A stretch of DNA of 64,000 nucleotides from Ignavibacteriota bacterium. Lineage in GTDB: Bacteria > Bacteroidota > Ignavibacteria > Palsa-1295. This document shows, in pieces, positions 7,950 to 18,677 of the stretch (within the stretch, counting starts at the first letter, position 1; each line of letters starts with the position of its first letter). Both the position numbers and the translations under genes were made by a program. Where the stretch lies: assembly GCA_963787835.1 (NCBI GenBank), contig CAWBEI010000006.1:64001-128000 (forward strand), written 5' to 3'. The notes beneath the pieces were generated by a model. The model had not been told where the DNA came from. It ran no database searches and saw only the letters and a list, made by a program, of their open reading frames with translations.

Positions 7950-8951
7950 TTATGCCTCCACCAAATTCGCTGGACGTTCCGCCTTCACTTTATCCCAATG
8001 ATGACAGGCGCATAAATGTCCCTTTTCATGCTCGATGAGTGCCGGTTCCTCTTTATAGCAAATTTCTGTCGCCCAGGCACAGCGCGTATTGAAATTACAT
8101 CCGACCGGGAAGTTGACCGGTGAAGGAACGGTTCCTTCAATGGTCATCAAACGTTCGGATTCCACGTGAAGTTTCGGAATAGATCCAAGTAGTCCGACGG
8201 TATAGGGATGAAGCGGATTATGGAATATTTCATCGACGGCGGAATATTCCACGATGTGGGAGGCATACATCACGGCGACCTTATCGGCCGTCTCAGCGAT
8301 AACGCCGAGATCATGGGTGATGAGGATGACGCCCATACCCAGTTCTTGCTGAAGTTTGTTAATGAGTTCGAGGATCTGAGCCTGTACCGTTACATCGAGA
8401 GCGGTCGTTGGCTCGTCAGCGATCAGAATATCCGGATTGCAGGAAAGCGCGATGGCGATCATCACACGCTGACGCATCCCACCGGAGAGTTGGTGCGGAT
8501 ACTCGGCATATCGCTGCTCAGGTGCAGGAATACCAACAAGCCGCAGCATTTCGATGGCCTTCTCTTTTGCTTGCTCCTGCGATACTTTTTGGTGCAGCAA
8601 AATAGACTCCTCGATCTGGTTTCCAACGGTAAATACCGGATTCAGGGAAGTCATCGGCTCCTGAAAGATCATCCCGATCTTGTTGCCGCGAATTTTCCGC
8701 ATTTCTTCTTCCGGCAGCTTAAGCAGATCCTTGCCATCAAAAAGAACTTCGCCGCCAACGGTTTTGCCGGGCGGATCGGGGATCAGTCGCATGATCGAAA
8801 GCGCCGTTACGGATTTGCCGCAGCCGGATTCGCCGACGACGCCGAGCGTCTCACGACGATCGACAGTGTAGCTTACGTCATCGACCGACTTTGCTACGCC
8901 GTCGTCGGTAAAGAAATAGGTTTGGAGATGCTTAACTTCGAGTAATGCCAT
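7950..8951 (-). CDS. Oligopeptide/dipeptide ABC transporter ATP-binding protein (OppD/DppD)
   Basis: [30 protein letters not shown] and HPYT motifs; C-terminal Cys cluster. Confidence 0.93.
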   Translation of the reverse strand: MALLEVKHLQTYFFTDDGVAKSVDDVSYTVDRRETLGVVGESGCGKSVTALSIMRLIPDPPGKTVGGEVLFDGKDLLKLPEEEMRKIRGNKIGMIFQEPMTSLNPVFTVGNQIEESILLHQKVSQEQAKEKAIEMLRLVGIPAPEQRYAEYPHQLSGGMRQRVMIAIALSCNPDILIADEPTTALDVTVQAQILELINKLQQELGMGVILITHDLGVIAETADKVAVMYASHIVEYSAVDEIFHNPLHPYTVGLLGSIPKLHVESERLMTIEGTVPSPVNFPVGCNFNTRCAWATEICYKEEPALIEHEKGHLCACHHWDKVKAERPANLVEA

Positions 8952-9066
8952 GAATTAATGTGAAGATGCAAAATTGCGAGTTGTCAACTGAATGAAGAAA
9001 ACTTTCGCTCCTTGAACATCAAAATCAGTTGAATTTGTGATTATTAGCTTGCCGATTGCATGGCCT

Positions 9067-9096
9067 TGTAACATTCGGTATTCCCAATGTGTCCTA
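9067..9096 (+). promoter_or_regulatory. Putative ECF-sigma autoregulatory promoter
   Basis: TGTAAC-N17-TGTCCT about 30 nt upstream of the ECF sigma gene. Confidence 0.4.
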
Positions 9097-9122
9097 TTCG
9101 TATGAGCGAGTAAGCTCTATTC

Positions 9123-9854
9123 GTGGTCATGCCACAGGCACAACGGAAAATATTTGACGATAATGAATTAGGCCTTATCGCGGCATTCACTCGTGGTGAA
9201 ATGCCGGGGTTTAAGTTTGTCTATACGTTGTACCGGCAGCAGGTTTTTAGTTATTGCCTGTATTACATGAGCGACCGAATGCAGGCAGAGGATGCATTTC
9301 AGGAGGTATTTATCCGTATTTATACGCATCATGAACAATTACGGGAAGCTCGGGCCTTAAAAAGCTGGGTTTTGCTCATTACCCGGTCGGTCTGCCTGAA
9401 TTTGCTTCGCAGCTCGAAATTCACGCCGGAATTCGTTTCCATGGGAGATTCGGAGGATAACGAGATCCTGGGAAATACACTCGATATGCCAGCCATGCCA
9501 TTGGATGTCACCATAGCTGACGATATGCTTCGCATAGCTCTGGCTAAGATCGCGCCGATCTACCGCGATGCCTTCCTGCTCTGCGAATTCGAAGGCTATG
9601 ATTACGGTGAGATCGCAAGGATCACTAACACGACCGAGGCCAACGTAAAGGTGCGAATTACTCGCGCCAAAAAACAGTTACGAGTGCTGTTAGCTCCTCA
9701 TTATCAATACGAGGCGAGTCAGTCGCGAACGTCAAATAAGACGGCAAGATCTGAGAAGAAAAATCCGACACGGAAACTTGCCAGAACGATCGTTAATGAA
9801 GTAGATTTTGGAACGTTTGATGACACTGGATTGCATGGGGAGGTGTTCGCATGA
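9123..9854 (+). CDS. ECF RNA polymerase sigma factor with C-terminal extension
   Basis: Region 2 (AEDAFQEVF...KSWVLLITRSVCLN) and region 4 (GYDYGEIARI...VKVRITRAKKQL). Confidence 0.92.
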   Translation: MVMPQAQRKIFDDNELGLIAAFTRGEMPGFKFVYTLYRQQVFSYCLYYMSDRMQAEDAFQEVFIRIYTHHEQLREARALKSWVLLITRSVCLNLLRSSKFTPEFVSMGDSEDNEILGNTLDMPAMPLDVTIADDMLRIALAKIAPIYRDAFLLCEFEGYDYGEIARITNTTEANVKVRITRAKKQLRVLLAPHYQYEASQSRTSNKTARSEKKNPTRKLARTIVNEVDFGTFDDTGLHGEVFA

Positions 9855-11131
9855 TGAATTCGGACTATATGATGGCGGTTCCTATTGAAGATACGATCAT
9901 CGCTTACTTAGATGGCCGGCTGAACGATGCAGATAGCGCAGAGCTTCTGCACCGTGTATCGGTCAGCCCGGAGATTCGTCAGATATTTCAGGAGCATGGG
10001 GCGCTTCGTCAGATGTCGTTTCGCGCCGCTCGCAATGCCGTCATCTCTCCGGATTTAGAAGAATCTGTTTTCACTCGCGTTGCTGCATTACGTGAAGATC
10101 GCAGGCGATTGATTCCCATCCCTTTTTGGTCTTTACCACGAATTTCTGCGGTTGCCGGTGCAACGGCAATTGTGCTTCTTCTAGCGATACTCGCACCCTG
10201 GCAGAGTCGTAATGATAATTCTTCTGCCTCTCAAATCGCACCCACTTTCGCTCAAGCTTCGGTGCAATCTTCAACATCTTCGCCAGTATCAGATATTAGA
10301 GCAGAGATAAGCCCCCAACCGGTCACAACACAAACTTTCGCTCCTGCTTCCATAGCAACTGAGCGCCAAAGCAAGGTGAAATCGCTTGCTACTACCGCGC
10401 CAGCGAAGATTATTCCACTTGATCTGCCGGACTTTGGTGAACAGAAGCAAAGCGCTTCTGAACCCTCTATTCAGATCGTTCCAAAACCGGAAGAATCCAA
10501 CCATATCAATATGCCGACTGTGGATAATCCTCCACAAACGATGCGGTCGCTTCGTGGTTTGCCTGATCCGGATGTAGCTCCGATGTTCGAGATCGGCATA
10601 GCCTCCGATGCTATGCCAGGCTTTAATGCACCAGCCGACCTTATCGAGCAACCGCTGCCAGTCACAGATCTCGCTTCAGAATTTGCAGTACGAGTCGGAT
10701 TTAATATCGATGCAAGAAACCAGATCGGACTCCGATTCACGCGTGTATCATTCCCGAGCATGTCATTGACAGCAACCCCGGTAGGACTGGGATATACTGT
10801 TGTCAACAGTTCGATCGAGTCAGCGATCGGCTATGCTGAGGAACTGGTTTACAAACACAGGGAACCGGTCGATCAGGGGCTGTTCTATCTTACTGGCAGT
10901 GTCGGAGGAGGCTTCTACACGCTGGGTACCTTATTTAGCTGTGAAGCAGGCTTGGAAGTGCCGGTAAGCGATAAACTTATGGGCAGCGTTTCCGTGATCG
11001 TCAGCCGGCTCCATCAAAATCCTTCAGAACTAAATGCCTTATTGGACAATGGTCCCAAGATATACGAGGGCGCTAATATTTATAACACGCTTGCCGGCCG
11101 CATGGAGTATGGGCTGTCATACCGATTTTAA
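9851..11131 (+). CDS. Putative anti-sigma factor: N-terminal anti-sigma domain, TM helix, disordered linker, C-terminal beta-barrel
   Basis: ATGA overlap with the sigma gene; IIAYLDGRL...SPEIRQ; hydrophobic helix; S/T/P/Q-rich linker; ends MEYGLSYRF. Confidence 0.75.
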   Translation: MMNSDYMMAVPIEDTIIAYLDGRLNDADSAELLHRVSVSPEIRQIFQEHGALRQMSFRAARNAVISPDLEESVFTRVAALREDRRRLIPIPFWSLPRISAVAGATAIVLLLAILAPWQSRNDNSSASQIAPTFAQASVQSSTSSPVSDIRAEISPQPVTTQTFAPASIATERQSKVKSLATTAPAKIIPLDLPDFGEQKQSASEPSIQIVPKPEESNHINMPTVDNPPQTMRSLRGLPDPDVAPMFEIGIASDAMPGFNAPADLIEQPLPVTDLASEFAVRVGFNIDARNQIGLRFTRVSFPSMSLTATPVGLGYTVVNSSIESAIGYAEELVYKHREPVDQGLFYLTGSVGGGFYTLGTLFSCEAGLEVPVSDKLMGSVSVIVSRLHQNPSELNALLDNGPKIYEGANIYNTLAGRMEYGLSYRF

Positions 11132-11197
11132 ATTTTAATATATTGATAAGAAATATGTCATATTCGCCATAGTCGGTTATAACCGAGGATGAGATAG

Positions 11198-11869
11198 ATG
11201 CTACACTACAACAACATAAATCATAAACGATCGGGATGGATCGTATTCACTGCTCCGTTAGCGTTATTCGTATCGCTAACAGGGTGTTCCATCGTGGATT
11301 CGCCTCCAGCAAAGGTATCGCCCGAACTCGATGTCAGGAATTTCTACATGCAGCTCGCCACCAAGAACGTCCAGTACCAATACGCTGTGGCTTCGACCGT
11401 AGAATATTATCCTGCCACCGACACCCTTTCAATGAACATGCAAGGGATCTGTGACAGCGCGAATTACGTCCCACTTTTTTCTTGCTTGTGGACGTATCGC
11501 AACTTTGGTCAACCGACACTCTGGTATTATGGACTATCGGATAAACAAGCCATTAATTTTGGGGAGAGAACATCCGGCAGTACCTATGCGGATAGCTGGG
11601 TCGATCTTCAATCACCATTACAAGATTCCGCTTCCTGGACCTTTACTTCGATGTGGGAATCGATCACTGCAACCGTCGTGCAATATGGAGTTTCTGCCCA
11701 AGTGGAAGGGAAGAATTATAGCGATGTGGCTATGGTGCAATATACCGGTTCAAATGGTACCACAGGCACGGAATGGTTCGCAAAGGGGACTGGACTCATC
11801 TATTCAAACATCTTTCGTCCTAATTACGGAAAGGTTGAGAATCAGCTTCAATCTGTTATTCAAAAATGA
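11198..11869 (+). CDS. Hypothetical lipoprotein
   Basis: Lipobox LTG-C after a hydrophobic stretch; beta-rich, with WFAKGTGLI near the C-terminus. Confidence 0.75.
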   Translation: MLHYNNINHKRSGWIVFTAPLALFVSLTGCSIVDSPPAKVSPELDVRNFYMQLATKNVQYQYAVASTVEYYPATDTLSMNMQGICDSANYVPLFSCLWTYRNFGQPTLWYYGLSDKQAINFGERTSGSTYADSWVDLQSPLQDSASWTFTSMWESITATVVQYGVSAQVEGKNYSDVAMVQYTGSNGTTGTEWFAKGTGLIYSNIFRPNYGKVENQLQSVIQK

Positions 11870-11910
11870 CTTTTTAGGTCTGAGGGTTTATCTGTAAGTA
11901 TTTTTGTTAC

Positions 11911-11937
11911 GGGGTATTCGATGGAATACCCTTTTTT
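11911..11937 (+). terminator. Possible terminator hairpin
   Basis: GGGTATTC-GATG-GAATACCC followed by T7. Confidence 0.55.
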
Positions 11938-11964
11938 ATTGTTCCAAAAAGTTTAATCTTAACT

Positions 11965-13134
11965 ATGCTTGTCGATTATTACGATATTGAATCCCAGCTG
12001 ACCGAAGAGCAGCGCATGATCCGCGACACCGTTCGCTCGTTCGTGGAGTCTGAAGTACTGCCTATTATCGAGCAGCACAATCAGGCAATGACCTTTCCCC
12101 TGGGGTTGATCCCTAAGATCGGCGCACTCGGCCTGCTTGGGTCGACGCTTCCTGAAAAATATGGCTGTGCCGCACTTGATAATATCGCATACGGCCTCAT
12201 CATGCAAGAATTAGAGCGCGGTGATTCCGCTATCAGGTCATTTGCAAGTGTGCAAGGTGCGCTTGCTATGTATCCAATTTATGCATTTGGCTCAGAGGAG
12301 CAACGCATGAAATGGCTGCCAAAACTTGCTACTGGAGAAGCTATCGGCTGCTTCGGGTTGACCGAACCCGATTTTGGATCGAATCCTGGTGGGATGGTAA
12401 CGAAAGCCAAATCGATGAGTGGAGGATTCGTGTTGAACGGTGCTAAAATGTGGATCACAAATGGTACTCTTTCGGATGTTGCAGTTGTATGGGCAAAGCT
12501 CGATAACGACGATCCCAAAAATATTCGTGGCTTCTTGGTCGAAAAAGGAATGAAGGGTTTTACTGCACCGGAAATGAAAGGGAAGTATTCACTTCGCGCC
12601 AGCGTAACGAGCGAGCTTGTCTTTCAGGATGTTTTCATTCCAGAAGAGAATATGCTTCCAGAAGTGAAAGGATTGAAAGGCCCGCTTTCGTGCCTAACAC
12701 AGGCGCGATATGGTATTGCCTGGGGTGCGATCGGCGCCGCCATGGCATGTTATGAAAGCTCAGTAAATTATGCGAAAAGCCGAATTCAGTTCGGCAAGCC
12801 GATAGGAGGATTTCAGCTTGTCCAACAAAAACTTGTCGAAATGCTAAATGAGATTACGAAAGCGCAGCTTTTAGTGTATCGGCTTGGGCAGTTAAAGAAC
12901 GAAGGAAAGATGCGCCCGGAGCAGGTGTCACTCGCAAAACGAAATAATGTCCAAATGGCACTCGATATTGCTCGCTTGGCTCGCGATCTGCATGGCGCGA
13001 ACGGCATTCTCGGCGAGTATCCGATCATGCGGCACAGTATGAACTTAGAATCGGTAAATACCTACGAAGGTACGCATGATATTCATACACTCGTGCTGGG
13101 TGAAGATATTACGGGGATAGCGGCTTACATTTAA
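11965..13134 (+). CDS. Acyl-CoA dehydrogenase (glutaryl-CoA dehydrogenase-like)
   Basis: [26 protein letters not shown] and [15 protein letters not shown] motifs. Confidence 0.92.
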   Translation: MLVDYYDIESQLTEEQRMIRDTVRSFVESEVLPIIEQHNQAMTFPLGLIPKIGALGLLGSTLPEKYGCAALDNIAYGLIMQELERGDSAIRSFASVQGALAMYPIYAFGSEEQRMKWLPKLATGEAIGCFGLTEPDFGSNPGGMVTKAKSMSGGFVLNGAKMWITNGTLSDVAVVWAKLDNDDPKNIRGFLVEKGMKGFTAPEMKGKYSLRASVTSELVFQDVFIPEENMLPEVKGLKGPLSCLTQARYGIAWGAIGAAMACYESSVNYAKSRIQFGKPIGGFQLVQQKLVEMLNEITKAQLLVYRLGQLKNEGKMRPEQVSLAKRNNVQMALDIARLARDLHGANGILGEYPIMRHSMNLESVNTYEGTHDIHTLVLGEDITGIAAYI

Positions 13135-14420
13135 TTGCGCAATAGATTCAAAGCCCTACGATGTACTTCAACCGTTCTCTCCAAATCCTCATCGCCATGT
13201 GCCATTGAAACGAACATTGCCTCGAATTGTGACGGTGCGAGATAAATACCAACATCAAGCATTGCGCGGAAGTATTTTGTAAATGCGTTTGTGTCTGAAA
13301 TAATGGCGCTTTCGTAATCGGAAACTTCCTGATTTGTGAAGAAAAGGCAAAGCATTGAACCAACCCGAGTTTGAGTCGCTTTCACATTTGCATTGCGAAT
13401 ATTCTCAGCAAATTGCTGCTCTAAAAATGAAGAATTTCTCTCTAACTCGGGATATGGATTTTCTTCCTTCAGAATATTTAGAGTTGCCAACCCAGCTGCC
13501 ATCGCCAGCGGATTTCCACTAAGGGTTCCCGCCTGATATACCGGCCCAACGGGCGAGAGCATTTCCATGATCTCTCGTTTTCCGCCAAATGCGCCCACTG
13601 GCAGACCACCCCCGATTATCTTTCCCAACGTTGTCAGATCGGGACGAACGCCATAAAGCTCCTGTGCACCGCCAAGCGCAACACGAAAGCCCGTCATCAC
13701 TTCATCAAAAATAAGAACTATTTTTTCTCTATCGCAAATTTTGCGTAAGCCCTGAAGAAATCCAGACTTCGGCGGAACGACGCCCATGTTACCTGCAATA
13801 GGTTCTACTATCATTGCAGCTATCTCTCCGCGATTTGCTGCAATAAGGTTTTCAACAGATGCAAGATCGTTAAATCTCGCATTCAGCGTATCCTTTGCAG
13901 TCCCTTCGGTCACGCCGGGAGAATTTGGCGAACCAAGCGTCAGCGCTCCGCTACCAGCTTTGATAAGGAATGAATCCCCATGCCCATGATAGCAACCTTC
14001 GAATTTAATGATCTTCTCGCGTCCCGTAAATCCGCGTGCAAGCCGAATCGCGGACATCGTAGCTTCTGTGCCACTCGAAACCATCCGCAGCATCTCGATT
14101 GATGGCATAATGCTAATGACAAGCTCCGCTAATTCTACTTCAAGCTCGGTTGGCGCGCCAAAGCTTGTTGCGATTTGTGCTTGCTTCCGAATGGCTTCCA
14201 CAACTTTCGGATGAGAATGACCTAGAATCAGAGGGCCCCACGAGCCGACATAATCGATGAACTTATTGCCATCGGCATCCCACACATAAGCGCCTTCGCC
14301 ACGCGTAAGAAATAATGGATCAATTCCAACAGATTTGAATGCACGAACGGGGGAGTTTACTCCACCAGGAATGCTATGTTGAGCGCGTTCAAAAAGAGCA
14401 TGACTATTATTGTAATTCAT
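13131..14420 (-). CDS. hemL: Glutamate-1-semialdehyde 2,1-aminomutase
   Basis: [33 protein letters not shown] and [10 protein letters not shown] motifs. Confidence 0.97.
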   Translation of the reverse strand: MNYNNSHALFERAQHSIPGGVNSPVRAFKSVGIDPLFLTRGEGAYVWDADGNKFIDYVGSWGPLILGHSHPKVVEAIRKQAQIATSFGAPTELEVELAELVISIMPSIEMLRMVSSGTEATMSAIRLARGFTGREKIIKFEGCYHGHGDSFLIKAGSGALTLGSPNSPGVTEGTAKDTLNARFNDLASVENLIAANRGEIAAMIVEPIAGNMGVVPPKSGFLQGLRKICDREKIVLIFDEVMTGFRVALGGAQELYGVRPDLTTLGKIIGGGLPVGAFGGKREIMEMLSPVGPVYQAGTLSGNPLAMAAGLATLNILKEENPYPELERNSSFLEQQFAENIRNANVKATQTRVGSMLCLFFTNQEVSDYESAIISDTNAFTKYFRAMLDVGIYLAPSQFEAMFVSMAHGDEDLERTVEVHRRALNLLRN

Positions 14421-14421
14421 A

Positions 14422-14485
14422 TTGTAGCCGTGACCTTTAGGTCACGGTTTCATAGTACACCGTAACCTAAAGGTCACGGCTACAA
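14422..14485. repeat. GTAG-family REP doublet (REPIN-like)
   Basis: TTGTAGCCGTGACCTTTAGGTCACGG and an inverted copy matching 25/26; each arm is itself a hairpin. Confidence 0.85.
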
Positions 14486-15504
14486 ATTCTGGCCGCTTCC
14501 AGTGCAAAATAAGTAAGAATGATCGAAGCGCCCGCACGCTTGATCGAAGTAAGCGATTCCATCATCACGCGTTCTTCATCGATCCAACCATTTTTCCCGG
14601 CGGCTTTTATCATAGAATATTCTCCGCTTACTTGATAGGCTGCGACTGGCACGAGAAATTGTTCCCGGACGCGGCGAATAATATCAAGTGATGAAATTGC
14701 CGGCTTTACCATTACAATGTCCGCGCCTTCTTCAATATCACGTTGGACAACTCGCATCGCTTCATCGGAATTCGCAACATCCATTTGGTGAGAACGACGG
14801 TCTCCAAAGCTGGGAGTGCTTCCCGCCGCATCGCGGAACGGGCCATACAATCCAGAAGCATATTTCGCGGAATAACTCATGATCGGCAGGGATTCAAATC
14901 CACTCTGGTCAAGCGCATCGCGAATAGCTCCCACTCGGCCATCCATCATGTCGCTGGGGGCGATCAAGTCACTTCCAGCTTCAGCATGGCTCACGGCCTC
15001 ACGGACGAGGAGTTCGACCGTCGCATCATTTGCAATTTCAATTTCCCCGTTTCTATTCCTTTCAACGACACCGCAATGACCGTGCTCTGTGTATTCGCAA
15101 AGGCAGACGTCCGTAGCAATGAGCAGCTCCGGGAATCTCTTTTTAATTTCCCTAATGGCATTTTGTATGACTCCGTGTTCATTGTATGCTTGCGAACCGA
15201 ACTCGTCCTTATGCTCAGGGATGCCGAATAAAATGATTCCTCCCAATCCTGCTTTTAGCGCCGATTCACTTTGTGCGAGAGTACCTTCCATACCAAGCTG
15301 TTCCACGCCAGGCATTGCATCGATGGGTTTCCTGAAGTTAGTTGGAGCTTCAGCCACAAAAAGAGGCAGAATAAGATTAGAAGGAGAGAGTATGGTTTCG
15401 CGTACGAGACTGCGATGCCGTTCCGTCATGCGCGTACGGCGTGTGCGTGAAGATGCTGGTATCGTTAGCGCTTCTATATCGAGATCGTGATGATGATCGT
15501 GCAT
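14467..15504 (-). CDS. hemB: Porphobilinogen synthase
   Basis: DVCLCEYTEHGHCG, APSDMMDGR, MVKPA and AYQVSGEY motifs; start taken at ATG 15504. Confidence 0.97.
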   Translation of the reverse strand: MHDHHHDLDIEALTIPASSRTRRTRMTERHRSLVRETILSPSNLILPLFVAEAPTNFRKPIDAMPGVEQLGMEGTLAQSESALKAGLGGIILFGIPEHKDEFGSQAYNEHGVIQNAIREIKKRFPELLIATDVCLCEYTEHGHCGVVERNRNGEIEIANDATVELLVREAVSHAEAGSDLIAPSDMMDGRVGAIRDALDQSGFESLPIMSYSAKYASGLYGPFRDAAGSTPSFGDRRSHQMDVANSDEAMRVVQRDIEEGADIVMVKPAISSLDIIRRVREQFLVPVAAYQVSGEYSMIKAAGKNGWIDEERVMMESLTSIKRAGASIILTYFALEAARICSRDL

Positions 15505-15511
15505 TGTTACA

Positions 15512-16843
15512 TTAAACAAGCTTTTTTGCGAGTTCCGTTGCATTCTTGATGCTCGCGCCCATTGAAATGCCATTCCGGTAATTACCGATGAAGTGCATTC
15601 CAGGATTCTCAGCTTCTGCCAGATTTATTGCATCAAGAACAGCACCATATCCAACATTATATTGCGGAATAGCGCGCTTCCAAAACAGAACATGCTGAAA
15701 TGCCGGAGCGCCTCGAGGATTTAGAAGGCCATTTACTTCTGCTGTGGCCACATCGAGAATTTCTGTATCTGATTTGCTGACTATGTCTTGCTGAGTCGCT
15801 CCGCCCATAATAATGGTAAGTAATAAGTGATCCGCAGGAGCACGATTCGGGAAATTGGATGATGAAAAGATTATCCCAAGTATTTTCCGATTTTCTTTCG
15901 AAGGAATCAGTCCGCCAAACCCTTCTGGAATCCGAGAGAATTGATTATCGCTATACCCGAGATATACGACAGCAACAGGAGGATAGATAATGTTTCGAAG
16001 GGAGTTAGATAGATTTGGTGCGATAGCCTGCAACATTGGTGCTGCATCATAGGCTGGCAAAGCAAAGATAATCCGTTCACATCGGAAAACATCGGATGCC
16101 GACGTAATTGAAAAACCATTTTGGGTTCGCTCTATATTTAGAGCGTCTTCATGCAGCCGAATATGCTGACCCAATGCATTACGAAGTGCAGTTGTCAGTT
16201 CTGAAAGCCCCTCAGGGAAAGAAATAACGCGAGGACGAAAATTCTTTTTTGCCGTTTTCGAGCGATTCCTAATCATTCCCTTCATAAGCGAACCTTGCTC
16301 TTGTTCAGCATGCCACATGGAAGGGAACCCGTGTCGCATACTGAGTTTATGAGGGTCACCGGCATAGATTCCCGTGATAAATGGATCCGCAGCGTAGTCG
16401 AAAACTTGTTGCCCTAATCTACGCGAAATGAAATCAGCGGCGGGCTAATCTTCAGAGTGTGTTTTAGGAATAAATATTTCTAATGGAATTCGAAGCTTTC
16501 CTGCGATAGAAAGCAAGGAAGTCGTGATTGCTTCAGTTGGCCCACTCGGAATTTTGACCCACTTGCCCTTCTTAAGAATAAAACGCTTCTTTGCATTAGG
16601 GCTTATTTCGATTACGCGTGAAGTTAAGCCACATTCTTCGATAAGATCGATCGTTTCCGGATTTTCAACTCGCAGAGAATTTGGCCCAGCTTCAAGAAGA
16701 TAGCCATCTATTCGTTCGGTAAGAATTTTCCCTCCAGCCTTACCTGCGGATTCAAGAACTATTACTTCCTTGCCTGCCCGAGCCAATTTGTAAGCGACGG
16801 TCAATCCTGAAATACCTGCTCCGATGACAATGAACTCAGGCAT
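15512..16843 (-). pseudogene. hemY: Proto/coproporphyrinogen oxidase (HemY type) with an in-frame TAG at 16445-16447 (may be an assembly error)
   Basis: GAGISGL, EAGPNS, DFISRRLG, GIYAGDP and AIPQY motifs. ORFs 16445..16843 and 15512..16339 are in the same frame across one TAG. Confidence 0.88.
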
Positions 16844-17603
16844 TTCCTATAAGCATTTCATAGAGTGCATCAGCTATTCCCGGAGCACAACTTGCAAGAT
16901 GACCTCCATCAATTCGTTGTTGGCCGGTAAAATCAAAATATTTTCCTCCTGCTTCTGAAATGATAACTCCGAGCGGTGCAGCATCCCATAGTGCCATACG
17001 TGCATCGAGCATTGCTTCAGCGCGCCCCGTGGCTACAAGAATGTGTCCCCAGCAATCTCCCCATCCACGATAAAGCCCGAAGGAGCGAGTAATGGTGTCG
17101 TACTTTTCTCTTCCAATTAGTTCTTCGAGACGGCTTGGACTGGTCGTGCAGAGAAGGCTATCCGATAAATCACTTTTGTTTGATATTTGGCATAGCTTAC
17201 CATTCCAATAACAACCTTCTCCGATTCCGGCTGAAATAGATTCCTTCAATGCTGGAAGATGAACGATACCGTGTGTGACCTCACCATTTTGCTCCAGAGC
17301 AATTAGCACACCATAGATTGGCACGCCATGAACAAAGCTTTTCGTTCCATCGAGCGGATCGAGTATCCAGCGTCGGCTTGGATCCGATCCCTCTTCGCCG
17401 TATTCTTCGCCGAGAATTACGTCGTTTGGGAAATGTTCACGGATGCATTTGCGCAAATATTCCTCTGACTCTCTATCTGCACGAGTAACAGGGCTTGCAT
17501 CGTTTTTTGTGATGATCTCCAGATCGGGATTATTAAAATATTTTAGAGTAATATCGCCTGCACCTCGGGCGATCTCTTCCATGAAAAGTCTTATGTTTTT
17601 CAT
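16836..17603 (-). CDS. hisN: Inositol monophosphatase family protein, histidinol-phosphatase-like
   Basis: KNDASPVTRAD, GEEYG, WILDPLDGTKSF, RGWGDCWGH and WDAA motifs. Confidence 0.82.
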   Translation of the reverse strand: MKNIRLFMEEIARGAGDITLKYFNNPDLEIITKNDASPVTRADRESEEYLRKCIREHFPNDVILGEEYGEEGSDPSRRWILDPLDGTKSFVHGVPIYGVLIALEQNGEVTHGIVHLPALKESISAGIGEGCYWNGKLCQISNKSDLSDSLLCTTSPSRLEELIGREKYDTITRSFGLYRGWGDCWGHILVATGRAEAMLDARMALWDAAPLGVIISEAGGKYFDFTGQQRIDGGHLASCAPGIADALYEMLIGNA

Positions 17604-18622
17604 TCGAGTTTAAGAGCGTGAATTTCTTTAATAGCAATATCTGCGAGGCATTCGATGAAGAGGGGATGGTCGTTTAAACCTTCCATAACGTGGTAGTTCG
17701 AAATTCCAGCGCGTTCGGCGGTAAGGCGTTCTTCGATATTGAGTTCGTGAAGCGTTTCAATGTGGTCGCTCACGAAAGCAATAGGGATAACAAGAATATC
17801 GGTAATTCCTTTCTGTCCTAACTCTTCGATCGTGTTGGTTGTCGATGGCGTAAGCCATTTTTTCGGGCCCACTTTGCTCTGGAAGGAAAGCATGTACGGC
17901 TTATCCCGTCCTCTTTGCGACATCACAAGTTCCATGGTCTCACGGATCTGCTCGGAGTATGGATCGCCGCGTTTTACAATATCAACAGGAGTTCCATGTG
18001 CTGAAAAAAGCAGAAATACCTTCTCGGGATTTTCAAAAGTTATTAATGCTTCGTCTATCCGTGCGCTTATCGCTTGGATATATTTTTCATTGCGGTAGTA
18101 TTCTCTTACGCGGCGATCGTTAAACGTTGCACTTTGACGTTTTGCAACGCGATCCCATTCATTGAAACTCGAACCTGCATTCACAATGGAATATTGTGGG
18201 TATAGCGGCAGTAGGATAACTTCATTTACTCCATCCCGAATAAGCGATTGCATCGTCTCGGAAGTAAGAGGGTTCCAATATCGTGCAGCCAGACGAACGG
18301 TCGTATTAATTTCAGGATGGCGAGTATCGAGATACGTTTGCAATGCTCGTACTTGCTCATCCGTGCTTTCGACGATAGGGGATTTGCCGCCGATCTCAGC
18401 ATACTTATCCCGGACGTGTCTGGCTCGGCGTTTGGAAATTGTCTTCGCAACAAACCTCTGAAAGGCAGGCCCAATTCGTGCAGCCCATTCCTTCTTTAAG
18501 AGCGGAAGCTGAAAAATATCAGGGTCGCTAAAAAGGTTGAACAGAAACGGCTCGACGGCTTCAAGCGAATCCGGCCCGCCAAATTGCAGGAGAACGATAG
18601 CAATGGGTTTTTCTTCAGTCAC
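17600..18622 (-). CDS. hemH: Ferrochelatase
   Basis: GGKSP, LPLYPQYS, FSAHG, FQSKVGP..WL.P and FVSDHIETLHE motifs. Confidence 0.95.
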   Translation of the reverse strand: MTEEKPIAIVLLQFGGPDSLEAVEPFLFNLFSDPDIFQLPLLKKEWAARIGPAFQRFVAKTISKRRARHVRDKYAEIGGKSPIVESTDEQVRALQTYLDTRHPEINTTVRLAARYWNPLTSETMQSLIRDGVNEVILLPLYPQYSIVNAGSSFNEWDRVAKRQSATFNDRRVREYYRNEKYIQAISARIDEALITFENPEKVFLLFSAHGTPVDIVKRGDPYSEQIRETMELVMSQRGRDKPYMLSFQSKVGPKKWLTPSTTNTIEELGQKGITDILVIPIAFVSDHIETLHELNIEERLTAERAGISNYHVMEGLNDHPLFIECLADIAIKEIHALKLE

Positions 18623-18677
18623 AGCGTTTCGAATGAGCCACGAAACGCCTGTACAACTTCATAAACTCCCTTAGCTT

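Noticed and set aside
8208-8945. Long antisense ORFs (also 3105..3641, 33030..33692, 45992..46627, 59151..59690 and others)
   Set aside because: They are shadows of well-supported genes on the opposite strand and show no motifs.
9102-9113. ATG AGC GAG TAA micro-ORF before the ECF sigma gene
   Set aside because: Three codons are expected by chance; no supporting feature.
16445-16447. Genome-wide TAG recoding or pyrrolysine
   Set aside because: TAG ends conserved genes at their normal C-termini (e.g. guaA IEWE*), and no pyl genes are seen.
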